64,000 nucleotides of DNA from NCBI GenBank assembly GCA_050253415.1, contig JBFWJC010000001.1, positions 1,512,679 to 1,576,678 of the forward strand. The letters run 5' to 3'. The notes beneath the pieces are model-generated. The model saw only the letters and a list, made by a program, of their open reading frames with translations, did not search any database and was not told where the DNA came from. This stretch comes from Pedobacter sp. GTDB lineage: Bacteria > Desulfobacterota > Desulfuromonadia > Desulfuromonadales > Syntrophotaleaceae. Within the stretch, counting starts at the first letter, position 1, and every line of letters begins with the position of its first letter. This document shows positions 28,398-37,762 of the stretch, piece by piece. Both the position numbers and the translations under genes were made by a program.

Positions 28398-28829
28398 TCA
28401 GCGGCCTATTTCAAGGGCCTTGGTAGCCATGCGTTGGGCGGACTTGATGGCAGTAATGTTGGCTTCATAGTTGCGCATGGCCGTCATCATATCGACGACC
28501 TCTTCCTCGACGTTGACATTCGGCAGCGTCAGCATGCCGTTTTCATCGGCATCGGGGTGACCTGGCTGATAGATAGTCTGAAAGCTCCGTGAGTTGGGTT
28601 TTATCTGGGCTACCTCCACTCCTTGCACATTTCTGTCCATCGCTTGCTGAAGCTGGTCATCAAAGATGTTCTGGCTCGACTGAAACACCACGTCGCGTTT
28701 GCGGTAAGGACCACCTTCGGGGGTGCGGGTGGTGCCGACGTTGGCAAGGTTGGCGCTTATAACGTTAAGTCGGGTGCGCTGGGCCGAAAGAGCCGATGCA
28801 CTTACCTGCATTGCGGTAAAAATATCCAT
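28398..28829 (-). CDS. flgC: rod protein FlgC
   Basis: GGPYRKR; YQPGHPDA; PNVNVEEE. Confidence 0.96.
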   Translation of the reverse strand: MDIFTAMQVSASALSAQRTRLNVISANLANVGTTRTPEGGPYRKRDVVFQSSQNIFDDQLQQAMDRNVQGVEVAQIKPNSRSFQTIYQPGHPDADENGMLTLPNVNVEEEVVDMMTAMRNYEANITAIKSAQRMATKALEIGR

Positions 28830-28841
28830 GAAAACTCTCCT

Positions 28842-29264
28842 TTATCGACCGTCTTGACAAACGTATTTGAGGGTAGCCAGTTTTTTGGTGATAATTTGCG
28901 CGGCGGATTCGTAGAGCAGTTGGTTTTCGCTTTGAGCGATCAGTTGTTGATCGAGATCCACGCCGTTGCCATCGGTGCTGACGCCCTGATCGGGGCGGCG
29001 CACCGTTTGACCGGTCAACGTATCAATACCGGCTGCAGTGATCGGAATATGTCGAGGGTGCATGGGCGTCTGGGGTTGCTGTTTGCTCTCAAGCGCTTTC
29101 GCCAGATCCTCTTCAAAAGACAATCTGGACGGGATATAGCCAGGTGTTTCAGCATTGGCGATGTTGGAGGCGATCAATTCCTGCTTGCGTTGCCGCAGGT
29201 CAAGAACCTTGCCCAGCATACCTATGGTGCGATCGAAAATTTTCATTTCGGACATGAGTTGCAC
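28842..29264 (-). CDS. flgB: rod protein FlgB
   Basis: IASNIANAETPGY; DGNGVDLD. Confidence 0.95.
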   Translation of the reverse strand: MQLMSEMKIFDRTIGMLGKVLDLRQRKQELIASNIANAETPGYIPSRLSFEEDLAKALESKQQPQTPMHPRHIPITAAGIDTLTGQTVRRPDQGVSTDGNGVDLDQQLIAQSENQLLYESAAQIITKKLATLKYVCQDGR

Positions 29265-29276
29265 CTCTCAAGATGA

Positions 29277-31655
29277 TCAGTTCATGTTGTTGGCATCGAT
29301 GGCGTCTTTAGCCAATCGACCCCAAAAAGAAGCTGGTCTATTTTCGGCAAGTTGACCAAAAAGCTTAAGGGCCGAGGGGGTATCCCCGGCTTTAAGCTTT
29401 ATCTGGCCACAACGATACTTTGCCTGGTCGGCGTATTCTGTCTGTTGCTGCAATTGCTCATAAAGGCTAAGCGCTTCGGTGAAGCGGGTGGAGCGGAAGA
29501 GCGCTTCGGCTCTGAGAAACAGCCCCTCGTGGGTACTGTTTAGACCTTTTGGTTGGTCGATAATCTCTTTGATTTCTTCACGTTTCCAATGAATGCGGGC
29601 ACTTTGGAGCTCTATGCCGTCGCTTTGGGGATGTTTTGGTTGTTTGATCAGTTTTACGGCTTCGTCCAGGCGATTGGATTTTTCCAGAGCTGCCAATTGC
29701 AATTCGAAAAGTTTCTCCCTGTCCGATCCCGTGGGGTACTTATCCAGATAACGCTGCGCAAAAGAGGCGGCCATGGCGTACTGAGCCCGGTCATGCAACA
29801 GTTGGGTCAGCGGCAGATAATACGGTTTGTCCTGCTGCCGTTTGGCGCCGCGGTCGATAAGGAAAAAGTAGCTTTTACAAGCCTTTTCCCATAATCCAAG
29901 GCGCGTATAGGCTTCAGCCAGATCGGGAAGAAATGGCCAGGCCAGATTGCCGTTGATCAGCAGTTCGCGATTTTGTTCGACCATGACCACAGCTTTCATG
30001 TCGTGCCCGTTATGGATCAGCCTCAGGATAAGCGGTGGCAGTAATTCGGACAAAAGGGCCCGAGCTTCGTTCAGCAACGGTCCGTGAGAAAAATTATTCA
30101 GAAAAATCTGCAGCAGATCGGCAGCACGTTCCTGTCGCTGGTGAAGGTAAAACGCCAGGGCCTGCTTAAAAGCCGCTTCTTCACGCAGGCCGCGTATAGG
30201 AGCTTGTTGGGCGATCGTACCGTAGTCACGGGCGATTTGTATAAAAGCCGTGGCTCCCGATTTTTGAAAACGGTGATCGAGAAGTGCCAGCCAGGCCCGA
30301 TATCCAGGCTCCGTACCTTCGTAGTTGTCACGAAGTTGTTCGAGAGTTACCAGGGCGGTTTTGAGGTCATTGTCAAGATATGCGGCCCTGGCCGCATAAA
30401 ACAGGGCGTTTCCATGATCTACCGGGTTATGCAGATCAGATGCCAGGCTCCGAAAATACTGCTCTGCTTGCCGGTAATGGCCTGTTTTGAGATAAGTCAA
30501 TGCCGCATGGTAGCGAATTTCGGGGAACTTCGCGTACGTGTCGGTGCGGTTGAACAAATGCCCGAAGGTGCGACCGGCTTCTGCCGTTTTGCCGATGAGG
30601 ATCAAAGCTTCGGCTCGTCGCCACTGTACGGGGCGTTGCAGGTTTGTCGGCCAATTTTGAACAGGTTCCTTCAGAATTTCATAAGCTTGGGCATATCTGC
30701 CGATGGCCAGTAACAATTCGGCGTCAAGCAGGCGAGCGAAGGGGGTCATGGCGGCTGACGCCGCCTGTTTATCCAGTAGGGGTAAAAGCGATGCCCGCGC
30801 CTGATAGGGGTGGCCACAGATGGCCTCCGACAAAGCGCGAAGATAGGCGGCCCTGCTTGCCAGAGGGCTACCATTAAGGGCAGAACGCTGTTGATCCAGA
30901 ACATCGAGGACACGGTCCGGGTGTCCTGTACGTAACAGCGCTTCTGCGTGCAGTATCGTTGTTATATCGGATACCCCGGTTGGGGGAGTCTTTTTGATTG
31001 TCTCCAGCAGGGCTTGCCATTGACCGGCATTTGCCAACTGCATCAAGGGTTGACCGGGCCGATCTTCTTTTTTGATCGTCCAGGAAGGTAGCACCGGGAC
31101 GGCATGGCGTATCGGAACCGGAATGTCGAGGGGGGTGTGGAAGGTCTTAAAAAAATCCTGCCAGCGGCCTGTATATGACGAAGTTATTTGAGGCGTCGCT
31201 ATGTTTTTCAGGGTGGCATGCGCCGTCGGCATGCCGCTGAGTTGAAATGCAACGGCAGGGCGATTGGCGCCGCTGGTTGCCCAATTTATATCTAGGGTGA
31301 CTTGCCTGGTTGCGGGGTTTTTTATCGTGGCGACCCGGGATGGTATTTTATGCAGAAGAATGGAAACCAGTAGCTCTTTAGGTTTACGGGCGAAAAGAAC
31401 TCTAACGATCTTGTCGTCTTCCGGCAGAACCTTCAGAGACGGGGCCACGTCAGTGTTGCTAAGCAGAAGGTCGATACGCTGCCCCGACGTTTCGAGCTTA
31501 AATTCCGGCACATCGGAAAAATCAAATACAATCCGGGAGATATCAAACACATCGACCTTGGCAAGATTCTGCAATAAGTATTTGTCGGACGCGTGGACGG
31601 GTAGCGCCATACCGAAAAATAGCAGAATGAGGAATGCCGATCGAAACTTGATCAT
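29277..31655 (-). CDS. secreted/periplasmic tetratricopeptide-repeat protein heading the flagellar operon
   Basis: Signal peptide (PVHA-SD), N-terminal beta-rich region (SRIVFDFS) and many TPR-like helical repeats; 12 bp from flgB. Confidence 0.8.
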   Translation of the reverse strand: MIKFRSAFLILLFFGMALPVHASDKYLLQNLAKVDVFDISRIVFDFSDVPEFKLETSGQRIDLLLSNTDVAPSLKVLPEDDKIVRVLFARKPKELLVSILLHKIPSRVATIKNPATRQVTLDINWATSGANRPAVAFQLSGMPTAHATLKNIATPQITSSYTGRWQDFFKTFHTPLDIPVPIRHAVPVLPSWTIKKEDRPGQPLMQLANAGQWQALLETIKKTPPTGVSDITTILHAEALLRTGHPDRVLDVLDQQRSALNGSPLASRAAYLRALSEAICGHPYQARASLLPLLDKQAASAAMTPFARLLDAELLLAIGRYAQAYEILKEPVQNWPTNLQRPVQWRRAEALILIGKTAEAGRTFGHLFNRTDTYAKFPEIRYHAALTYLKTGHYRQAEQYFRSLASDLHNPVDHGNALFYAARAAYLDNDLKTALVTLEQLRDNYEGTEPGYRAWLALLDHRFQKSGATAFIQIARDYGTIAQQAPIRGLREEAAFKQALAFYLHQRQERAADLLQIFLNNFSHGPLLNEARALLSELLPPLILRLIHNGHDMKAVVMVEQNRELLINGNLAWPFLPDLAEAYTRLGLWEKACKSYFFLIDRGAKRQQDKPYYLPLTQLLHDRAQYAMAASFAQRYLDKYPTGSDREKLFELQLAALEKSNRLDEAVKLIKQPKHPQSDGIELQSARIHWKREEIKEIIDQPKGLNSTHEGLFLRAEALFRSTRFTEALSLYEQLQQQTEYADQAKYRCGQIKLKAGDTPSALKLFGQLAENRPASFWGRLAKDAIDANNMN

Positions 31656-31720
31656 AAGTCACAAAAATTTCTTGAAAGAAAAGGGTGAAAGTATCTGTTT
31701 TTCCATGTTTGAAGTGCAAT

Positions 31721-31736
31721 TGCTATTATTGTGCCA
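31721..31736 (-). promoter_or_regulatory. sigma54 promoter for the TPR-flgB... operon
   Basis: Minus strand TGGCACAATAATAGCA (GG-N10-GC). Confidence 0.7.
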
Positions 31737-31997
31737 AGCATTAACGTGTCGAAATATAACGATTATTTTAATGTTGGATGGGGGAATATATCGGCAGGGA
31801 GGGTTGTGGCCAAGGTTTTGACAGGCGAAAGGTTTATTTGAGGCTCTATGAGGTGTGGCGGCAGACCGTGTGGGGTGCAACAGATATGGGGCGGGCCACG
31901 CTTTGAATTGTTTTATCCTGATATATGGGTATTCAATCCCTCTGATGCAGCGGCGTATAAGGGCGGATTATTAATTGTCACATAAAGTCGTTGAATG

Positions 31998-32013
31998 TGG
32001 CCCGAAATTTGAA
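31998..32013 (+). promoter_or_regulatory. possible sigma54-like promoter for cheA
   Basis: TGGCCCGAAATTTGAA (-12 GA variant); it overlaps a TAAAG...CCGAAA sigma28-like arrangement. Confidence 0.35.
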
Positions 32014-32127
32014 GTATGATCGGGCCGCCGGTATAAGCCGTTGCGGTCCATGACATGACGAGGACTGTCCCGCGCCGGACTCAGTTTGGACGAACCCGGG
32101 GGCGAAAACCACATCAGAGAGGCACCA

Positions 32128-34776
32128 ATGAGCACTGATTTGTTATCAGAACAGGCTGAAATTGTTAATGAATTTCTTTTGGAAAGCAGGGAGATGCTGG
32201 ATCATCTCGAACCCACGATCATCGAATTGGGGCAGAGTTGTCAGCTTGTCGATTGCTGGTTAACCAAGGAATGTACCAACGATGCGTGTCATAGGCATGG
32301 TCGGTCTGTTGACATGCCCTGCTGGTTGCACACTGGATATGTTGAGGGGGGCGACCAGTCCTGCCTCCATGCCTCATCTGCAGAAGAATGCCGTTCCTGT
32401 AGCGTTTTTCAATGTATCAACGGTCATGGCGAAACCATGAACGCCATATTCCGGCTGTTCCATTCCATGAAGGGTAGTGCCGGATTTTTGGAGCTGAACC
32501 ATATCGCGCACGTCGCCCATGCGGCAGAGAGTCTGCTGGATTTGATCCGGGCCGGGAAAATTCAGATGATTCCCGAGCATGTTCAATACCTTTGCCAATC
32601 TTGCGATTTTGCCAGGGAGGCGATGGATTACGTTGAACAGGAGTTGAATGACCAGGGTATGGAGGAGGCCGCCAATTACATTTCGGAATTGCTTGCGAAG
32701 GCCGCCCAGGACGCGTTGCAAAGTATCCGATCTGTCGAGCCGGGTGAGCAAGATGGCATTGCTGAAGAGGTGGAAGATCCCGCAGTCGATGATGCCGGCG
32801 ATCTCGATGATCTCATGCAGATGCTTATTTCTCCGGAAATGCTTGAGCGATTTGTTCAGGAAGCTGACGAGTTGTTGCAGAATGTTGAACAAGGTCTGCT
32901 GGCTTGGAGTGATGATAATCTTGATGCTGAGGGGATCGCGGAGCTGTATCGTAATGTACACAGCTTTAAAGGTAACAGCGGCTTCTTCAGTTTCAGTCAT
33001 ATGGAAAAACTTACGCACCAGATGGAATCCTTGCTTGATGTTGCCAAGGAAGGTCGGGAATTTCCCAATGGTAGCCCTGCTGAAGCCTTGCTGGGCTGTC
33101 TCGACGCCCTTAGGGGCGCCGTGGCCGATGTGTCCCAGGAGGGGGGGAAGGGCATCATTGAGGACTTGGACGAATACCTGAAACAGCTGGCGCATTACGT
33201 TCCCAGCGAAGATGCTGACACCGCCTCTGCCGAGGGGGGTGGTGATGAGACCAGTGTTGCCCGGTCAGCGGAAGACACACTGCGGGAGTCGGTTTCGCCA
33301 AACACTTCCGCTTCCCTGACAGAAGAAAATGAGCAGGGATCCCGTTCCGAGCGTTCGTCTCGATTGCTCGGAGAAATCCTCATCGAGGAGGGTTTGGCCA
33401 GCGAAGATGAGATCGATGAAGTTATCGAAGAGCAGCGCAAACCTTTGGGGGAGCTGCTTGTTGCGCGTGGCAAGGTGCAGCCGGAACAATTGGCCAAGGC
33501 TCTCGAAATCCAGAAAGGCGGCAGCCCCGTCAAGCAAGCCACCGAACCTCCGGCGGCAGCCAAGGCCAAGGCCAAGCAGCCAGCTATGAATCGCCAGGAT
33601 ATACGTGTCGATCTCGGCAAGCTTGACGACCTGATTAACCTTATCGGGGAAATGGTCATTGCCGAAAATATGCTGTTGCGCAGCCCCGATATCGAAGGTC
33701 TGGAGCTGGATAACTTTAACAAGGCCGCTCAGCAGATGAGCAAGCTGGTCCGCGATCTGCAGGAAATGGCCATGGTTATTCGGATGATCCCGGTATCCGG
33801 TCTGTTTCGTCGTATGATCCGATTGGTGCATGATTTGTCGGTCAAGTCCGGCAAAAAGGTCGATCTGCAGTTGTTCGGCCAGGAAACGGAAGTCGATAAA
33901 ACAGTCATTGAGCAAATTACCGATCCTCTGGTGCATCTGCTTCGCAACTCCCTCGATCATGGGCTTGAAACGCCTTCTGAGCGTACCGCCTGCGGAAAAG
34001 CCGAGAAAGGTGTGGTCAAGCTCTCGGCCCGGCATCAGGAAGGGGAGGTGTGGATTGAGGTGGAAGATGATGGGCGCGGACTCAATCGCGACAAAATTCT
34101 GTCCAAGGCCATCGGCAAGGGATTGGTTGCAGGCGATGGCAGCCATCTCAGCGAAAAGGAAATTTTCAACCTTATTTTCCAGCCCGGTTTTTCCACTGCC
34201 GACAAAGTGACCGACGTTTCAGGCCGGGGTGTCGGCATGGATGTCGTTAAGAAGAATCTGGAAAAGATCAAGGGCAAGATCGAGGTGCAAAGTACACTGG
34301 GTCAAGGGTCGCGTATAACCTTGAGAATCCCTCTGACTCTGGCAATTATAGACGGGATGTTGGTGCGCATCGGACAGTCCCGTTGCATTGTGCCGCTTCT
34401 TTCGATCCGGGAAATTTTCCGGCCGACCAGCGAAGACATTACGGTCATGCCCGATGGCCTGGAGCTGGCAAAAGTCAGGGACAGTTTTCATCCGGTTATC
34501 TATCTCGACAGGCTGCTGGAAGAGCCGGCGGATTACAAATCGATTGAAGATGGCGTTTTGATTGTCGTTGAGTATCAGGATAAGTACCTCTGTCTTCTTG
34601 TTGACGAAATCCTCGGTCAACAACAAACCGTCATCAAAGGCTTGTCCGATTATATCGGGAATGTGCGGGTTGCTTCCGGATGTACCATCCTCGGCAATGG
34701 CGAAGTCTGCCTGATTCTCGATGTGGCTACCTTGGTGGAAGAGCACGTGGGGCAAAGACACTTGCAGGCCCAATAA
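32128..34776 (+). CDS. cheA: chemotaxis histidine kinase CheA (two Hpt domains, Cys-rich insert, MshEN-like motifs)
   Basis: FRLFHSMKG and YRNVHSFKG Hpt motifs; IRVDLGKLDDLINLIGE; HLLRNSLDHG; GRGVGMDVV; C-terminal CheW domain; start MSTDLL after GAGAGG. Confidence 0.94.
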   Translation: MSTDLLSEQAEIVNEFLLESREMLDHLEPTIIELGQSCQLVDCWLTKECTNDACHRHGRSVDMPCWLHTGYVEGGDQSCLHASSAEECRSCSVFQCINGHGETMNAIFRLFHSMKGSAGFLELNHIAHVAHAAESLLDLIRAGKIQMIPEHVQYLCQSCDFAREAMDYVEQELNDQGMEEAANYISELLAKAAQDALQSIRSVEPGEQDGIAEEVEDPAVDDAGDLDDLMQMLISPEMLERFVQEADELLQNVEQGLLAWSDDNLDAEGIAELYRNVHSFKGNSGFFSFSHMEKLTHQMESLLDVAKEGREFPNGSPAEALLGCLDALRGAVADVSQEGGKGIIEDLDEYLKQLAHYVPSEDADTASAEGGGDETSVARSAEDTLRESVSPNTSASLTEENEQGSRSERSSRLLGEILIEEGLASEDEIDEVIEEQRKPLGELLVARGKVQPEQLAKALEIQKGGSPVKQATEPPAAAKAKAKQPAMNRQDIRVDLGKLDDLINLIGEMVIAENMLLRSPDIEGLELDNFNKAAQQMSKLVRDLQEMAMVIRMIPVSGLFRRMIRLVHDLSVKSGKKVDLQLFGQETEVDKTVIEQITDPLVHLLRNSLDHGLETPSERTACGKAEKGVVKLSARHQEGEVWIEVEDDGRGLNRDKILSKAIGKGLVAGDGSHLSEKEIFNLIFQPGFSTADKVTDVSGRGVGMDVVKKNLEKIKGKIEVQSTLGQGSRITLRIPLTLAIIDGMLVRIGQSRCIVPLLSIREIFRPTSEDITVMPDGLELAKVRDSFHPVIYLDRLLEEPADYKSIEDGVLIVVEYQDKYLCLLVDEILGQQQTVIKGLSDYIGNVRVASGCTILGNGEVCLILDVATLVEEHVGQRHLQAQ

Positions 34777-34849
34777 TTGGTCCGTATGGACATGTGATGC
34801 ATGTCGGTGGCTTCAACCGCAAAACAAAGACCTACGAAGGGGGAACTAT

Positions 34850-35326
34850 ATGACTGCTGGAGCGCATACAAATATGATGGCTGATGTAAATGCTTCGTCC
34901 GAGGATACACTGCACGGGAAATTTCTTGTGTTCAAGGTCGGTAACGAGGATTTCGGCATTGAGATTCGCCATGTCACCGAAATAGTGGGCATTCAGAAAA
35001 TCAATGAAGTCCCTGACCTTCCGGGGTATATGAAGGGCGTAATTAACCTCCGCGGCAGGGTTATACCGGTGATGGATATCCGCACCCGGTTCGGCATGCC
35101 TGGTCGTGACTATGATGAGCGTACCTGTATCATCGTTGTCCAGGTTGAAGGAGAAACTTCCGGTCTGATTATTGATCAGGTCAAGGAAGTGACGGAAATC
35201 GCTGATGACCAGATTGAACTGCCCCCGGCCAGAGCGGCGCAAGCCGGGCAATATGTCAAGGGCATCGGTAAGGTTAGTGATGAAGTAAAAATTCTGCTGG
35301 ACGTCCAGAGATTATTTTATGCCTGA
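34850..35326 (+). CDS. cheW: chemotaxis coupling protein CheW
   Basis: KGVINLRGRVIPVMDIR; start trimmed after the GGGGA RBS. Confidence 0.94.
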   Translation: MTAGAHTNMMADVNASSEDTLHGKFLVFKVGNEDFGIEIRHVTEIVGIQKINEVPDLPGYMKGVINLRGRVIPVMDIRTRFGMPGRDYDERTCIIVVQVEGETSGLIIDQVKEVTEIADDQIELPPARAAQAGQYVKGIGKVSDEVKILLDVQRLFYA

Positions 35327-36194
35327 TACCAAACGGGATTTGCCGACAGTGTTTCCTGATAGCGGCGTTTTGATGAGCATCACGAATGAAGAGTTCGAGT
35401 TGCTGCGTTCGCTCATTTATAAGCGTTTTGGAATCAACCTTACGGAACAAAAACGCTCACTTCTGGTTGGCAGATTACAGAAAGTTCTCAGGCAAAGTGG
35501 TCATGCCAATTTCAAGAGTTACTATGAGGCCTTGCAGGATGATCCGACGGAACAGGCTCTTAGTAAACTTGTTGATCGTATTTCCACCAATCATACATAT
35601 TTCAACAGGGAAAAATCGCATTTTGAATTTTTTGTCGAGAATGCGCTTCCAAATCTGACGGCAGCGTTGGAGAAGCAGAATATCCGGGATTTGCGGATCT
35701 GGTGTGCCGGTTGTTCCAGCGGTGAAGAAGCTTATATGCTGCTGATGTTAATGCGCGAATATTTCGGAAACAGATATTCCCAGTGGGATGGCGGTATTCT
35801 GGCCACTGATATTTCTTCGCGGGTGCTTGATATTGCCAAACGTGGCGTCTACCCGGAGGATCGGGTGAAGATGTTGCCGGAGCCACTGTTGCGCAAGTAT
35901 TTTCGCAAGTTGCCGGATGGTCAGTACGAAGTCATCGAAGATATACGGCGGGAAGCTACGTTCCGGCGTTTTAACCTGATGAATGAAGTTTTTCCGTTCA
36001 AAAAGCCGTTTCATATTATATTCTGCCGGAACGTTATGATCTATTTTGATGATCCGACCCGAAAAACCCTGGTGGCGAAGTTTCATAAACACACCGTCCC
36101 GGGGGGGTATTTCTTTCTGGGCCATTCCGAAACCCTGGGGCGCGGGCAGGATCTGTATAAATATCTTGCTCCTGCCGTCTACCACAAACAGTGA
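35319..36194 (+). CDS. cheR: chemoreceptor methyltransferase CheR
   Basis: STNHTYFNRE; IWCAGCSSGEE; IFCRNVMIYFD. Confidence 0.95.
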   Translation: MPDTKRDLPTVFPDSGVLMSITNEEFELLRSLIYKRFGINLTEQKRSLLVGRLQKVLRQSGHANFKSYYEALQDDPTEQALSKLVDRISTNHTYFNREKSHFEFFVENALPNLTAALEKQNIRDLRIWCAGCSSGEEAYMLLMLMREYFGNRYSQWDGGILATDISSRVLDIAKRGVYPEDRVKMLPEPLLRKYFRKLPDGQYEVIEDIRREATFRRFNLMNEVFPFKKPFHIIFCRNVMIYFDDPTRKTLVAKFHKHTVPGGYFFLGHSETLGRGQDLYKYLAPAVYHKQ

Positions 36195-36207
36195 TTAGAT
36201 ATAGCCG

Positions 36208-37269
36208 ATGACAAAAATCATACGTGTTCTCGTCATAGATGATTCGGCCCTGGTTAGGCAGATTTTGAGCCAGGGGTTATCCATGGATCCTTGCATCGAA
36301 GTGGTCGGAACGGCTGGAGACCCCTATGTGGCGCGGGATAAGATTGTCAAACTTCAGCCCGATGTGCTTACTTTGGATGTCGAAATGCCACGCATGGACG
36401 GTGTTGATTTTCTTCGTCGTCTGATGCCTCAATATCCGCTGCCCGTGGTTATGGTCAGTTCTTTGACCCAGAAGGGAAAGCAGATCACCCTCGATTCGCT
36501 GGATGCGGGTGCCGTTGACTTTGTATCCAAACCGACCAGTGATATAGCTCGTGGACTGAAGGATATGCTGCTGGAATTACGTGCCAAGGTTAAGTTGGCA
36601 GCTTCCGCCAATGTTTCTCATTGGAAAGCGGCTCGATCTGCTGTTCCTTCACAACTCCAAACTCTGGGCAAGCGCGCCCTGGCCGAATCCACCGACAAGG
36701 TTATCGCCATTGGTGCGTCGACCGGTGGGACTGAGGCCATTCGAAAAATCATTGCACAATTTCCTGCTACCATGCCGGGGGTGGTTATTGTGCAGCACAT
36801 GCCTGCCGGTTTCACCCGTTTGTTTGCTGAGCGACTGAACCAGCTTTGTGCCATGGAAGTCAAAGAAGCTGAATCCGGAGACCGGATCATGCCAGGGCGG
36901 GTTCTCATCGGCCCCGGTGGGTTTCATATGAAAGTTGTCCGTTCCGGCGGTTTATACCAGGTGCGTTGTGAGCCTGGTCCGCCTGTAAAAGGCCACTGTC
37001 CCTCGGTTGATGTCATGATGCATTCCGTCGCCCAGCATGTCGGGGCGAATGCCGTTGGCGTCATGCTTACCGGCATGGGCTCTGACGGTGCCGAAGGGAT
37101 GAAAGCCATGCGTGATGCAGGGGCCCGTAATCTGGCGCAGGATGAGGCAAGCTGTGTAGTGTTTGGCATGCCAAAGGTGGCTTATGAAATGGGAGGTGCA
37201 CACTCCCTGGTGTCATTGGATAATATGGCAAACAGGGTTGTCGACCTTCTTTCGGAGCGGCGAATATGA
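36208..37269 (+). CDS. cheB: chemoreceptor methylesterase CheB
   Basis: REC domain plus GASTGG, QHMP and LTGMGSDG. Confidence 0.96.
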   Translation: MTKIIRVLVIDDSALVRQILSQGLSMDPCIEVVGTAGDPYVARDKIVKLQPDVLTLDVEMPRMDGVDFLRRLMPQYPLPVVMVSSLTQKGKQITLDSLDAGAVDFVSKPTSDIARGLKDMLLELRAKVKLAASANVSHWKAARSAVPSQLQTLGKRALAESTDKVIAIGASTGGTEAIRKIIAQFPATMPGVVIVQHMPAGFTRLFAERLNQLCAMEVKEAESGDRIMPGRVLIGPGGFHMKVVRSGGLYQVRCEPGPPVKGHCPSVDVMMHSVAQHVGANAVGVMLTGMGSDGAEGMKAMRDAGARNLAQDEASCVVFGMPKVAYEMGGAHSLVSLDNMANRVVDLLSERRI

Positions 37270-37754
37270 GTGATATTATTTTGGGTATCGGGGATTATGG
37301 TGCATCCAAAGGCCCCGGTTCCATGGTAAAAACTTACGCATTGGGATCATGCGTAGCGGTTACCATGTATGATCCTGGCCTGCGAGTGGCCGGTATGGTA
37401 CCTATAGCCCTGCCGGAATCCAAGCTTAATCCTGCTAAGGGCGCGGATTGCCCAGGCTATTTTGCCGATTTGGGTGTTCCTTTGCTGTTTGAAGAAATGG
37501 TGCGCTTGGGTTGTCAGCGTAAAGGCCGTGGTTTGATTGTCAAGATGCTGGGTGGCGCATCTGTCATGGCCGGCAACGATACGTTTAATATCGGCAAACG
37601 CAATATTCTTGCGGTCAAGAAGATCCTGTGGTCGCTTGGTATGGGTCCGACGGCTGAAGATGTGGGTGCGAATCATAGTCGCACGGTATCGTTGTATGTA
37701 GATACCGGCCTGGTGACCGTGTCATGTCCCGGACGCGGGCAGTGGCAAATATAG
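37266..37754 (+). CDS. cheD: CheD-family chemoreceptor glutamine deamidase (catalytic His substituted)
   Basis: TYALGSCVAV; FNIGKRN; EDVG...RTV; AGMVPIALP where AGMxH is expected. Confidence 0.88.
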   Translation: MSDIILGIGDYGASKGPGSMVKTYALGSCVAVTMYDPGLRVAGMVPIALPESKLNPAKGADCPGYFADLGVPLLFEEMVRLGCQRKGRGLIVKMLGGASVMAGNDTFNIGKRNILAVKKILWSLGMGPTAEDVGANHSRTVSLYVDTGLVTVSCPGRGQWQI

Positions 37755-37762
37755 GGGGGGGC

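Noticed and set aside
37754..37761. G8 tract as a phase-variation switch
   Set aside because: It is short and mostly intergenic, probably serves as the HDOD RBS, and no reading frame is disrupted.
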